Below are positions 43,909-59,556 of a stretch of 64,000 bases of DNA, piece by piece. The notes under the pieces were generated by a model that was not told the DNA's origin, did not search any database, and saw only the letters and a list, made by a program, of their open reading frames with translations. Position 1 is the first letter of the stretch. Every line of letters begins with the position of its first letter. Position numbers and translations under genes: made by a program. This DNA is from the human T2T-CHM13v2.0 reference genome, Homo sapiens. Where the stretch lies: NCBI RefSeq assembly GCF_009914755.1, contig NC_060939.1; one strand, 5' to 3'.

Positions 43909-44546
43909 CTGTATAAAAAATTCACATTTAAGGACAAAGTCTTGTTTCTAATTCTAGTCTATTTTATTAGACTGTGATTAAATATTAAACTATGATTTAA
44001 TATGTGAAAATGGTATGTTTTACCATTTATTATCAGGATAGACAAGATTAGTGGAAAAAGCTGGTTTAAGTGAAAGCTCAAAATTTATAATGCAGGTAGG
44101 GGCTTTTATGTTTCAGCATGTACTAAATAAACAGTGAGTTAAAGATAAATATTAAATTTAGTAGAAAATTAATGCACTATTGATTACACTTCATTTTGAC
44201 ACTGAAAAATCCTAAAGAAGATTTATGGGCATCATAATTTGTATTAACATAAATATGTTTATGATGGGTTTCGATTACATATTAAGGAATTCTGGAAGAT
44301 ACTGAAAGCCAAAAATAAAAATAATAAGCACAAATCTCAATTAAAAGGCCTGTTTTCAAATAATCAGTATACCAATGGAAGCCATGCAAACTACGAAACT
44401 GAAATGATTTGTATTGATTTGAAAGCATTACAGTGTATAAGCCTGCAGTAAAAAAGCAAAAGGAACACTTAAAGGGCAAAGCAAAAATGATCATGTGCCA
44501 GATTGATGGACAGCAACAAATTAGTGCAACACCGCAGCACAGGTAC

Positions 44547-44786
44547 CTTTGTTGGATCTACATGCGACGACAATGATGGTTCTTGATCTCTTAGCATTAT
44601 GTGAGCTGCCTCAGTACTTGGTGTTCTTAAAGAATCAGCTTGTGGTGAGTAAGAGGTGGAAGGAGCTGGGGTGGGCTCCTCCAGTCTGACATTAGTTAAA
44701 TTTACATTATGATTAACAGCAGAGGTTGATGATGCTGGGTTTGTTTCAGGCGAAAGGTAAGGGACTGGAGATGAAGCTTCTGCTTT
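44547..44786 (-). CDS. TJP1: ZO-1 alpha cassette exon (exon 20; 80 aa KAEASSPVPYLSPET...SHVDPTK)
   Basis: cacag|AAA ... AAG|gtacct, exactly 240 nt, phase 0-0, open frame, the known alpha+/alpha- exon. Confidence 0.95.
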
Positions 44787-45127
44787 CTGTGAAGTGTTTA
44801 AAATATTTTAAATATAGTGTTTCTGTTTACTGCTAACTTTCCACTTCAATTTATAGTGATTGGTAGACATACATTTTAAGTGTGCTGAATAACAAAATTA
44901 TGACCTCATGTCCTAAACTTTTTGGGAAAAAAAAAAAATCCAGTACATTGCTGTGTTAAGACAAACACACAAAATTTAGAATTAAGCCCTTGGTACTCTC
45001 AAATTGAAATTGAAGATTAATTCTTAATCTGGAGAAAGGACAACATATATATTTTTAACTCAATCACCACATTCTAAAATTTAATAATGCACCTCTATCT
45101 ACAAAACGTTGAATGCTTGCTGCTTAC

Positions 45128-45478
45128 CTGTTGAGAGGCTGGCTTAAATCCAGGGGAGTCTATTCTATGAATTGGTTGTGGCTGCGCTTGTGGTGAGTAA
45201 GGAGGATATGTTTGGTTTTCATGATGCATTCCAGAGGAGTCCTCTCTTACAGGCTCAGAGGACCGTGTAATGGCAGACTCCGGTGGAGTCCCAACCTCAT
45301 CATTAAGAGTTTCATCTAGTTCTTGATCAGTGTAGGCCCCGCCTTCTGTGTCTGTGTCTTCATAGTCAGAAGTGTGTCTACTGTCCGTGCTATACATTGA
45401 GTATTCACTACCTGGAGCTGACAGGTAGGACAGACGATCATCATGCAAATCAAGGTCATCACTTGTAGCACCATCCGC
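45128..45478 (-). CDS. TJP1: ZO-1 exon 19 (acidic/U6 region): ADGATSDDLDLHDDRLSY...FKPASQQ
   Basis: cccag|GCG ... CAG|gtaagc, 351 nt. Confidence 0.97.
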
Positions 45479-45958
45479 CTGGGTCAAATAAAAGTAAATT
45501 ACAAATTTTATTCAGTAGTTCTTTAAGAGATGGCCTTTATCGTACAAGGCAGATTGAAAAGGATATCTTTCTCTGGAGAAGTCACATCTACTTCTTGAAA
45601 CTTCTGGTAAGGAAAAGTCAAGAAGATTGTACAAGCACACACGCAGACACATGGAGCACCCCTTGAGATCTGAAGGGCATGGATGAAGGAAACAGTGGCC
45701 GGTAAGCCAGGACAAAGTTAGACTCCAGGGCCCAGCCCTGGAAGACAACGAAGAAACTCTGACACTGCTCAGATTTATAAAACCTACTCACTAGCTCTTC
45801 AGCCCTTTTAAGCAAGGGGAAGAGGGAGAATGTTACCAAACTAAGCTCACAGAAACAAGGACACACTGACAGAATAGCACATGGAAGAATACCTATGAAA
45901 TAAACCCAACAGTTCAAAAGTTGAATAAGAGCTAATATATTTATGTTTAGGAAACAAC

Positions 45959-48354
45959 TGATATGGTTTGGATTTGTGTTCCCACCCAAATCTCATGTTG
46001 AATTGTAATCCCCAGTGTTGGGGGAGGGGCCTGGTGGGAGGTGACTGGATCATGGGGGTGGTTTCTAATGGTTTAGCACCATCTCCCTCACACAGTCTTG
46101 TGATAGAATTCTCCCAAGATCTGTTTTTTTAAGTGTGCAGCACCTCCCCAACTCTCTTCCTCCTGCTCCAGCCATATAAGACATGCTTCCTTCCCCTTCC
46201 GCCACGATTGTAAGTTGCCTGAGGCCTCCCCAGAAGCAGAAGCCTGTACAGCCTGCAGAACTGTGAGCCAATGAAACCTTTTCTTTATAAATTACCCAGT
46301 CTCAGGTGGTTCTTTATCACAGTGTGAGAATGGACTAATACAGTAAATTGGTACCAGAGAAGTAGGGCATTGCCAAAAAGATACCTGAAAATGTGGAAGC
46401 AGCTTTGGAACTGGGTAATGGGCAGAGGTTGGAACAGTTTGGAGGGCTCAAGAGAAGACAGAAAAATGAGGGAAAGTTTGGAATTTCCTAGAGACCTGTT
46501 GAATGGTTTTGACCAAAATGCTAATAGTGATATGGACAATAAAGTCCAGGCTGTGGAGGTCTCAGACAGAGATGAAGAACTTACTGGGAACTGGAGTAAA
46601 GGTCATTCATTCTTGCTATGCTTTAGCAAAGACACTGGTGGCACTGTGCCCCTGCTCTAGTGATCTGTGGAACTTTGAACTTGAGAGAGATGATTTAGGG
46701 TATCTGGTGGAAGAAATTTCTGAATAGCAAAGCATTCAAGATGCGACCTGGCTGCTTCTAACAGCATGTGTTCATATGTGTGCACAAACAGATTATCTGA
46801 AACTGGAACTTATATTTAAAAGTGAAGCAGAGCATAAAAGTTTGGAAAATTTGCAGCCTGGCTATGCAGTAAAAAATAAAAACCCATTTTCTGGGGAGGA
46901 ATTCAAGCTGGCTGCAGAAATTTGTTAAGTAACGAGGGACAGAATATTAACAGACAAAACAATGGGGGAAAATGTCTCCAGGGCATTTTGGAGGCCTATG
47001 CGGCAGCCCCTCCCATCACAAGCCTGGAGGCCTAGGAGGGAAAAAATGGTTTTGTGGGTGATCCAGGCCCGGCCCTGCTGCTCTGTGCAGCCTCAGGACA
47101 TGGTGCCCTGCATCATGGCTGTTCTAGCTCCAGACATGGCCAAAATGGGCCAAGTTACAGCTCAGGCTGTTGCTTCAGAGGGTGCAAGCCCTAAGCCTTG
47201 GCAGCTTCCACATGATGCTAAGTCTGCGGGTGCACAGAGGGAGACAGTTGAGGCTTGGGAGCCTCTGCCTAGATTTCAGAGGATGTATGGAAATGCCTGG
47301 ATGTCCAGGCAGAAGTCTGCTGCAGGAGCGGAGCCCTCATGGAGCACCTCCAGGGCAGTGTGGAGGGGAAATGTGGGGTTGGAGCCCCCCACCAGACAGT
47401 CCCCACTGGGGCACTGCCTAGTGGAGCTGTGAGAAGAGGCCCATTGTCCTCCAGACCTTAGAGAGGTAGGTCCACCAACAGCATGCACCATGCACCTGGA
47501 AAAGCCACAGGCACACAATGCCAGTCCATGAAAGGAGCTGCAGGGGCTGTGCCCTGCGTGGCTACAGGGGCAGAGCTGTCCAAGGCCTTGGTAGCTCACC
47601 CCTTGCATCATTGTAGCCTGGGTGTGAGCAGTGGAGTCAACGGAGATTATTTTGGAGCTTTAAGATTTAATGACTAATCTACTTACTTTTGGAATTTCAT
47701 GGGGATTGGAGCTCCTTTGTTTTGGCAGACTTCTCCATTTTGAAAAGGGAGTATTTACCCAATGTTTATGTCCCCTTTGTATCTTGGAAGTAACTAACTT
47801 GTTTTTGATTTTACAGGCTCCTAGACAGAAGAGACTAGCCTTGTCTCAGATGAGACTTTGAACTTCTGAGTTAATGCTGAAATGAGTTAAGACTTTGGGG
47901 CACTGTTGGGAACGCACCATCATATTTTGCAATGTGAGAAGGACATGAAATTTGGGAGGGACCAGGAACAGAATGATATGGTTTGGATTTGTGTCCCCAC
48001 CCACATCTCATGTTGAATTATAATCCTCAGTGTTGGAGTGGGGCCTGGTAGGAGGTGATCACGAGGGCGGTTTCTAATGGTTTAGCACCATCCCCCTAAT
48101 ACTATTTTGTGATAAGAGTTCTCCCAAGCTCTGTCTGTTTAAAAGTGTGTAGTACTCCCCCCTTCTCTCTCTTCCTCCTGCTCCAACCATGTAAGACATG
48201 CTTTTTCCCCTTCACTGTCTTAAGTTTCCTGAGGCCTCCCCAGAAGCAGGAGCCTGTACAGCCCACAGAACTGTGAGCCAATTAAATCTCTTTTCTTTAT
48301 AAGTTACCCGGTCTCAGGTAGTTCTTTACAGCAGTTCAAGAGCAGACTAAAACA
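45959..48354 (+). mobile_element. MST-family MaLR with both LTRs (45959-46342 and 47974-48354) and internal region
   Basis: Both LTRs start tgatatggtttggatttgtgt and end ...gactaa(t/a)aca. The internal region begins gtaaattggtacca...tacctgaaaatgtggaagcagctttggaactgggtaatgggcagagg. Confidence 0.92.
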
Positions 48355-51148
48355 ACCTGTTAAACATTTGGCCCTTAAAGCTGTTATGAAACACAATGGA
48401 AAATCATCACCTACATGGTGGTTGCTACATTAAGAAGAAATTATTTATTATTTTTCATAGAAACAGTATCCAACAGATGGAGAGGAAGAAATACAGTAAT
48501 GCTTTTCTTTTGTTAAGTAATTAAGAACTCAGTTTCTAATAGTTTATGTTGATTATCTTCTGAGTAGATCAGAAAGAAAGTGAGAAGTATTTGAGGGAAA
48601 GGAAGCTACAGAGTTGCAATCAACAGGTTATCACTGGACACTAACGTGACACTAGTACCTGGATGAAAAAGAACACTCCCTGAAGACCCTGCCTAGACAC
48701 CGTGCTCAGTTACTCATGAGAGCTGAAGGATCTGGAATCCAGGAATCAGAAAGTATTTCTTCCACTTCAGTATGGAATGAAGGACAAACATGAAACTCTT
48801 GTCCTCCAGAAAGATGCACTGCTATTAACTAGCAGGTTTGGTGTGGCTCTGCAGGTCTGCTGTGCCAGAAGCATGGTCTTGGGAGTCAAGTTGCCTGAAT
48901 GGAGCTTTCCACGCAGTCCCCATGCTTGGCTCGTTAAGACTCTGACCTTGAGCACTGCCTTCCTGATAAGAAAGACTAGGGTGTGTCAGGTCTCCCCATG
49001 CTCCAGTTTTCAAGAGAGCATCTGCCAGGCTGGGCTGGGGAGAGTGGGAATCCAGGGATCTATCCTGTTAGAGCACAATCCCTCTGAACAAGTCTCAATG
49101 GCTTCTCAACTCGGTAACAGCTGTTGCAGAAGAAAAGTCTTCTTGCTATCTACTCTAATCTTTAGCTTGCCAGGGTTCTGAATACTATAATCCAGTAGCC
49201 AGTCAAGGAAATATTGAAAGTCTGGGCAAGAATAACTTAGAACTAATCAATCCACTTAAGTTTTTAAAGCTGGTTTGAAATGCAGATGTAAGCAAGAACG
49301 ATGGGTTGCTTTGAACTAGGAAATATGTTAAGAAAGCCTCAGGATGACTTTTCCTGGTTTAGCAGGGAATATGTAAGACTGTGTCAGATCTTGTAAAAAG
49401 GAACTCTTTCTAGCAATTAGGTCAAAGTAGTTGGTTCAGGAAAGTCAATGTGAAATGAAGTAGTTTTAGTTTAAGAATCTATTCTATGAAATATACTTGA
49501 AGAGAAGAGGACAGGAAGATAAGCTTTAAGTTGTAACAACCTTTTCTGGCTTACAAAATGCATCAGTCTAGCCTGATAATAAATAACCTACTTTTCCTCA
49601 CATAAAAAGCTAGAAAGTTGGACCTTTATTTTAAAACCAAGCAAAGAAAGCACACAAGACTATCACTAAAATACTTTATAGAAAATTAAGATTTGTGGAT
49701 TTTAAAAAAGCCTCTCAGATACTACAAATGTATACTTTGTGCATTTTGGGAAAACATTTATAGACTACTTTCATTTTAAGAATTCACTAGTGAAAGCTAT
49801 TAACATTGGACCTGCCAAAGGATGTTAACAGAATTGTGTTGCTATAGAAGGTTAGTATGAAGACTACAATCCTTTCAAGTGCTGCAAAAGTAGAAATTAG
49901 TAATAGTGTGTTCATGTAAAGTGGTGTGGTTTGTTTCCACCTTCATTTTCCTATCCAGTTCCAGCTGACATGTTATTCAGAGTGGTCTTAGGCTCTCGTA
50001 TGCATGGTCCATCCCCCAGACTGGTTCATAATGAGAAAAACCATAGTTCTGACACATTACTATAGGTGAGAACAATAGACACTGCCTCTCAGTGTTAACA
50101 GCTCTCCTTGCAGAGGCTGTGTATGTCTGGGTAGAGGACATGGGGGGTCCTAAGCATGCAGCATGCACTGTCAGAGCATCTGTAGCCACAGCCAGGCAGA
50201 GGAAGGTAGGGACCATGCGGGGGCAAAACACAACAAAAACCAAACCAACAAGGAAGTACAAAGAACAAAATAAAAACCAGAGATACTCTCAATCTTCCCT
50301 AATAACCAAAACTTACTGCACTGATCTGAAAAAGGTAAAAGACATTTAAAAAAAAAAAGCTTCCCTCAATGGTGTATTCTGAGGAAATGATTAACTCTCC
50401 AGACAAAATAAACAGACCTTCCCATCAAAGATTGCTATAAAACCAGAAAGACTGACAATAGAAAGTAGTTATTTTAAAGCTGGCCATTTGGACGTATAGA
50501 AAACCAAAATTCAAAGCCAGGAAGGATCTATTGCTTTGTTCAATATCTCCCAGTATGTTGTGAGAATGTTAACAGGTGTTGAGTGAAAAATAAATGCAAG
50601 GAAATGCATGAAGTCGGCTTTTTAACTTTTAAGATGTCTCAGAGCCTTTAAATGCCAGTGGGTACGAGGATACTCGTGAGGGGTCTAGGGTTTATTTCCC
50701 ATCCGCTGCTTGCCTTCATAGTGCCTTCTCTCTTAGAGCAAGTCCTGAATTGAGCATGCTGAGGACAGCACTTTGGGAGATGCTCATCTAGGCCATCCAA
50801 ATCCCCTCATTTTCAGAGGAGGAAACTGAAGCCAGGCTCAAAGTCATCATTCATAGCCAGACAGGGGCAGCATCAGAACTCAACCTGCTCTTCATTATAA
50901 TTTAAGATTCTTTAGGAGACAATCCTACTGCAGTGGTAATTCAACAGGTGAGAAAATTTAAGAATTCTCTTACCATCAGAAACAACTTTCATAACCCCTA
51001 CACACAAATTATAAAAACCTAAAAGCTAACTTTCCCCAAATTTCTCCAATATGTTGATCTAATTAGAAAGCACTGGTATCTCAAAAGCATCTCTGATTAG
51101 TTACATAATTTACTGAACTAGTCAAAAAAGTAATAGGAAATGTCTTAC

Positions 51149-51249
51149 CTTTCCCTCGGAAACCCATACCAGCTGGTTTTGCTGTTGTTGAATTGCTTCT
51201 TTCAGCGCACCATACCAACCATCATTCATTGAATTTAAGTTAATTGTAG
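51149..51249 (-). CDS. TJP1: ZO-1 exon 18 (GuK end): [33 protein letters not shown]
   Basis: ttcag|CT ... AAG|gtaaga, 101 nt. Confidence 0.97.
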
Positions 51250-51550
51250 CTGAAAATAAATTAACGATGTAGTTTTATGGTTAGAGCACTGCCAAAAGTC
51301 AGAATTAATTCAACCCTGCTTACAGCTAAATCGTCATTACTGAAAGATGGTATCTGAGGATGCAAACATTTGAAATTTCTATTTTGCTACTGTATGTTTT
51401 CTTTTAACCAAACAGCAGGTGTTAACACAACAGGAAGCTTTCCAAGAAAGTATCATGTAAGTTTTAGTATTTGAACACCGTAACATTTTGGCCTACTTAA
51501 TGTTGCCCAGACATTGTAAGCTGAAAGAAGGCCTTTATTAACATACTCAC

Positions 51551-51761
51551 TTGTAAAAAGATGGTGATTATTTTTACGAAGTTTATGAGATCGCTCGTAT
51601 AACTTCCTGGCACTTTTCCGAGATTCTGGACATAACCTCATTCTCATTGTTTTTACTCCTTGCTTAGAATCAGGGTTAAGAAATACAACAATTGGATACC
51701 ACTGGGCATAGTTAAGACGATCAACTGCATTTGGTGTTACATCTAATAAAGCATGTTTGTC
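51551..51761 (-). CDS. TJP1: ZO-1 exon 17 (GuK): [27 protein letters not shown]...NNHHLFT
   Basis: ttctag|GAC ... A|gtgagt, 211 nt. Confidence 0.97.
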
Positions 51762-51826
51762 CTAGAAACAGAAAGAAAAATATATACAAAGACACAAGAC
51801 ATCATTAATTAAGAATCACCAAATTC

Positions 51827-52150
<324 letters not shown>

Positions 52151-52706
52151 CACCCCATCACATTCAGAAAAAGTCAAAAGTCTGTACTATATTTCAGTGG
52201 TAACAGATCTCTTTGTATTCTAATGTCTCAGGAGCACATATTAAAAAACTAATTGTAAGTTAACTCAATTCCATTTCTAGCCAAATTTCTAAAAACCTTT
52301 CTATGAAGCTCACTTTTAAGACTTAGCCCTAACACCGCAATCTGACAGTATTATCCACGTACAGTTAGAATAAAAATGTTTAAGAATTTAATGTTCCTGA
52401 CATTCCTTATGAATGTAAATAACAAACTACAACTTGAATTGTACTGATATAATATATAAGCAGTCTGTTAATTACATCTAAAAATCATACACTTGTTTTG
52501 TGGTAATGAAAAATCATCTTCTGATGCCTACAGTAACTATTCTCTTGAAAGTAATCATTATAATGCTTTTCAGTAAGGGCTTAATTTTCTTATAGTATGT
52601 CAGTAATAGTCTCAGAAAAACTACCTTCTACTTTCAAATTAACCAAATCCCATCCCACTCAAAACCACAATAACATAATGAAATGGGTCAAGTTTTAATA
52701 ACTTAC

Positions 52707-52789
52707 TTGATCTATGATTTGCTTTATTGTATGCAGGCGAATAATGCCAGAGCTACGTTGGTCAGTTCCAGCGTCTCGTGGTTCACTCT
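52707..52789 (-). CDS. TJP1: ZO-1 exon 16 (GuK): SEPRDAGTDQRSSGIIRLHTIKQIIDQ
   Basis: aatag|AG ... CAA|gtaagt, 83 nt. Confidence 0.96.
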
Positions 52790-53880
52790 CTATTCATTAT
52801 GTCAGGACAAAAATAAGACATCAAATTTTCACTGGTTAGACAGGAGTTTCTCAACTACTGGCCACAACTGATATGCCGGACTGGATAGTACTTTGTTTGT
52901 GGAAACTGTCTTATGCATGCAGTACTTAAAGTGAGTTTTAATATGCATACTTCCCTTTTTTTTTTTTCACTATTTTTTCAACTACTTTAATATTCTGGAA
53001 AAAAACTTAGCCATTAAAGAAGAAAAAATATACAGGAATGCACATTTTTTTCTTTTGCCTGGGGCTCTAATATGGCTCAACAGGGCACTACTTCCCACCC
53101 TTTTTCACACTGTAACATCCAGAGAAAATATTATTTGTATGGCACACTGAGATAAACTGAGGGGGCTGCTCCTTTGCCAAGCTCTAACCAGCCACTACTG
53201 GCTTAAGAGGTCAATACCTTGGCATGTCCATCAACCATCGGTAATGGTGCTATAGTGGATTGCCTAGGGAGTTCTGGGTTAGAGACCTTAGTTACATCAG
53301 TAGAAGGGGAACCTGGGGGCAGGAAGCTGTTCATCTGTAACTGTGAGACAGCCTATGGCTTCATCCTGGCAACCTGTCTTCACTGGTGTATACTGTGCCA
53401 AATGCAGCTTGGGCTGGTTTCCAACCAACCATCTCAGAGCACAGCAACGTTTGTGACTCTGGTCACAAGGAAAGTTTGAAAGGAAAGGAAGAGCTTTGGT
53501 GTTTCAGAGATCAGACAAAGGCAGAGATCTGGAAAGACAAGTCACACTGAGGTTCAAGATAAATGATTTTGGAGAATGAGACTACCATAAGACAAAGCAC
53601 CATGGGCAAGCAGGGCAGAATTTCAAATCTAGTGAACACTGGAGAATTAAGAAGAAAGATCAACTGGGAATTTTGGCTGGAAAAAAAATGCTACTAACTC
53701 CTCAACTCAAAAGACTGTCATTAGACTCAAAGAAGATATAAAACTAAGCTACCTGAATTCCCTGTTGTGGAGTAAACCTGATTAAACCAATGTATTACCC
53801 TTTAAGGCAGAGCTTTGTAAGTCATCATACTTGCTTTTCCCATATCTAAAAATCCTAAGTTTGGTTATGGGTAAGGGTTA

Positions 53881-54147
<267 letters not shown>

Positions 54148-54308
54148 TTACTCAAATCATTTGTCTGCAAATCTTCTGATGTTCAGAAAATAAATATCCT
54201 TATTCAACTTCATTGGCAATGAAATGAAAAGCAATATATTAAAAAAAAAAGATGATGTTCTGATTCTTTAAATTAACACTATGCAGTTTAAAGATGTTAC
54301 TGAGGGTC

Positions 54309-54611
<303 letters not shown>

Positions 54612-55071
54612 TTACTGAGGGTCATATAGTGCCAGTGGGAACAAAATCCCCAGCACAACTCTCTGGAAAGCAGAAACTTCATCATAATTATGGGAACAGC
54701 TATATTCTTAAGGATTTAAATCCTTTGGGAAACAAAGCAGGGCATAAACAAGCAAACAAAATATGGACAGATTTCTGTATCTTTTGTAATAGTAATATAA
54801 ATTCGAAACAAACGATATAAAAAAAGCCTAACTGAACCAAAAATTGCAGGATAAAATGAAAATATGCCATTACCTATGAAAAAGAAAAATTGGATATAAA
54901 CTTTTCTAAACAGTATAAATAAAACTTTGCCAAAATATGCTTAAAAGAGTGGAAGAAAATACAATGGAATAAAATTTAGGGTGGTGATATGTGTAAAAAT
55001 TAACTTTCCAACTTTTCCAAACACAGAATGGCACTTTTATAATTACAAAAACAGTTTAAAAATAAAACAAA

Positions 55072-55379
55072 ACTGGGTACAGTGGCTCACACCTGTAATC
55101 CCAGCACTTTGGGAGGCCAAGGCCAGAGATCACTTGAGCCCAGGAGCTCAGGTTCAGCCTGGACAACCTAGTGAGACCCTGTTTCTACAAAAATAATAAT
55201 AATAATAATAATAATAAACTAGCCAGGCGTGTTGGCATGTGCCTGTAGTCCTAGCTGCTTGGAAGGCCGAGGTGTGTGGACTGCTTGAACCCATGAGTTT
55301 GGGACTACAGTGAGCAATGATCTAACCACTGCACTCCTGCCTGGGCAAGAGTGAGACTCTGTCTCTGAAAAAAAAAAAA
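55072..55379 (+). mobile_element. AluJ with (AAT)n linker; its A tail is the insertion site of the HMGN2 retrocopy
   Basis: Diverged dimer, (aat)n at ~55193-55217. Confidence 0.85.
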
Positions 55380-56586
<1,207 letters not shown>

Positions 56587-57202
56587 GAAAGTAAATAAAA
56601 CAAGGATCTGTAAGCAAAACGTATTTGGCATACAAAGCACTGCAGCCTCAATACTTATACTTACTATCTTATTATAAATGTCTGCAATAACAACAGCTGA
56701 TAATATTAGCAATGTTTTATTACCCTTTTTAACTATTTGTGTATTTGTCAGTTTAATGACTAAAAGAGCTGGAATGGAGCAAGAAAGGGCTGTGGTCAAA
56801 GCCGAGTCTTGTCACTTGTTCACTGAGGGCCACCAGGAAGTTTAGACTGAAGAAACTGGAAAGGATCCACGCAATGACCATCCAAGTCTCAGGCTACTCA
56901 ACTGTAACATGGATATTATACTCCTTACCTCAGAGCATGACTGGGAGGATTCAATGACATTGTATGTTATGCAATTTTCATATGAAGCCAAGAGTTTCCT
57001 AAACGGTGACTTTTCTCATTAAAAGAATTGGTGGAACAAGGACATGGTCACTGGGGTTTTCTCACCAAATTAAAAGAATGGGATAAACTGCTAATTTTTC
57101 ACTGACAAAAAGTCTTATTTTTATTGAATGAGTGAATCAGAACTCACTCACTTTAGAGGTGTAACTCCCAACCTCATTTAAGTTAGCCTTGAGGCTACTT
57201 AC

Positions 57203-57298
57203 TTGCAATTTGATAAATATCTGGTTCTTCTCTTGCCAGCTTTTCTCTGGCAACATCAGCTATTGGTCCAAAAATGGTTACAGGCCTCAGAAATCCAG
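57203..57298 (-). CDS. TJP1: ZO-1 exon 15 (GuK): [31 protein letters not shown]
   Basis: ctccag|CT ... A|gtaagt, 96 nt. Confidence 0.97.
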
Positions 57299-57400
57299 CT
57301 GGAGAGAAATTCACATGAAAAACAGCATATTTTATACCTTTTCTTTCTTAAACATATTGACGTTAAAGGGTATTAGGTTAGTCTGTAGAAAATAAACTAC

Positions 57401-57585
57401 CTTCTCGAAGAACCACTCTTTCATAAGCTGGAAACTTTGTTTGAACAGGCTGAGCGGACAAATCCTCTCTGCTTTTTCGAAGATTTCTCTTGGAGCTGCG
57501 AAGACCTCTGAATCTCCAGAAGTCAGCACGGTCTCCGCCTGCTGTTTTTGGAAGTGTATACTGTACACTGGCTAGCTGCTCAGCT
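57401..57585 (-). CDS. TJP1: ZO-1 exon 14 (SH3-GuK hinge): [32 protein letters not shown]...AYERVVLRE
   Basis: tgtag|A ... G|gtagtt, 185 nt. Confidence 0.97.
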
Positions 57586-57863
57586 CTACACAAGAAAGGA
57601 GAAAATTAAAATAAGGGCATTTAAAATGCAAAATGGAAAAAGACCCACAATGAAATGAAATATACAATACTGGATGGAAGTTCACATACAGTTTAAATCT
57701 TAATGGTTATAATAAAGAGGAGTTTGTAAACCTAAGTCAGTTATAGATACGTTGAATACAATGAAAAAGAATTCTTTACATTACCAAAATTTCCCAGTGG
57801 GATTGAAATGATCTATCATCATTTACTTGATTCACTCTATGAGAAGTATCCAAGCATTCATAC

Positions 57864-58083
57864 CTGTTCTTATTAGGGATGATGCCTCGTTCTACCTCCT
57901 TATGATTTTTACCAATTCGAATAGCAAGCCAAGAGCCCAGTTTTCCATTGTACAAGGTATCCACAACACGGAACACCTCTCCTTTGTTAAAACTAAGTCC
58001 ATAGGGAGATTCCTTTTCATATTCAAAATGGGTTCTAATATAGAAAGAATCTCCTACATCTGATTCTACAATGCGACGATAAA
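57864..58083 (-). CDS. TJP1: ZO-1 exon 13 (SH3): [25 protein letters not shown]...GIIPNKNR
   Basis: ttttag|TT ... AG|gtatga, 220 nt. Confidence 0.98.
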
Positions 58084-58389
58084 CTAAAAGGAATAAAAAC
58101 AAACACATTATCAATATTTAGTGGGATAACAATCTGAAAGACAGTACATTATGTAAAGATGCTATGATAATATCAATAATAATATCCAACAAATTCTTAC
58201 TATGTGCCAGGTACTGTATTATTTCATGTATTCATCACTGTAAGAATTGAAACTCTTAGTACTTCCATTTTGCAGATGAGGAAACTGATGCAGAAAATAC
58301 ATCAAGTAACTTGTCAAAAGCCACATGCTTGTTTTCTATTATATCATCTAACTTATCTGCAAACATTATAGACATTTCCATATCTAAAT

Positions 58390-58628
58390 CAGCAGTTCTC
58401 AAATAAAGGTAATTTTATCCCTCGCCATCCAACATTGGACATTTGCCAATATGCAGTTTTGACTGCCCCATCTGTGTACTGAAAGGGTAAGGGGTGTGTG
58501 CTAGTGGCATCTCATCTAGTGAGCAGAGGCTAGGAATGCTCCTAAACATCCACAATACACAGGACAGCCCCTAAAACCACATTATTTGGTCCAAAATGTC
58601 AACAGTGCCAAGGCTGAGAAACCTGGCT
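58390..58628. mobile_element. MER20 (MIR-like sequence at ~58170-58330)
   Basis: cagcagttctcaaa...gcagaggctaggaatgctcctaaacatcc...aaaatgtcaacagtgccaaggctgagaaacc. Confidence 0.78.
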
Positions 58629-59043
58629 CTAAGTGAAAATTGTATCACAGAAAAAATGGAGTTTTCTCTTGAATTAATGCTAATAAACATCTGAGTGTAT
58701 TGCTTAGAAACATCAGTACAAAATCTGAAAGCTGCTCATATATACTTTTGTATGGTTCTGATGGCTAATAAATCAACACTTTCTATCACTTGTAAAGGGT
58801 TGGATGGCATTTTATTTAAATTAGAATACTATAAAGGTTAGTCCTATTAGCATGCTCTGCTAATGAGAATCATCTGAAATTCTGTGCTCCTAAATGACTC
58901 AGAATTACATAACTTTCTTTGAGATTAACAAATTCATTCATCACTCAACTATGAGTGACTTATTTTTTAAAAATGGAATAAATCCCTTTGTAAGTCCTCA
59001 AACTCTACAGGTTTATCTCCTCCATTTTCTGACAGCATCTCAC

Positions 59044-59152
59044 CATCCTTCTTCTTCTGAGCCAATATGGTCACTTCTTCTCCTTTAGGGAGGTCAAGCA
59101 GGAAAAGGACGGCTTCTTCTCTTATGATATTTGTAAAATCTACGTTGTTTAC
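59044..59152 (-). CDS. TJP1: ZO-1 exon 12 (PDZ3): [36 protein letters not shown]
   Basis: tattag|GTA ... G|gtgaga, 109 nt, absent from the ORF track. Confidence 0.97.
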
Positions 59153-59246
59153 CTAATAAATAAGATTTCATAAATCATTCTTGGCTGTTTAAGAATATGA
59201 AAATAACATACGCAGGACACAGATACTCTCAGTCTACCTAATTTGA

Positions 59247-59556
<310 letters not shown>

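Noticed and set aside
46962-47432. 156-aa ORF in the MST internal region
   Set aside because: Fragment of the decayed MaLR internal ORF, common genome-wide
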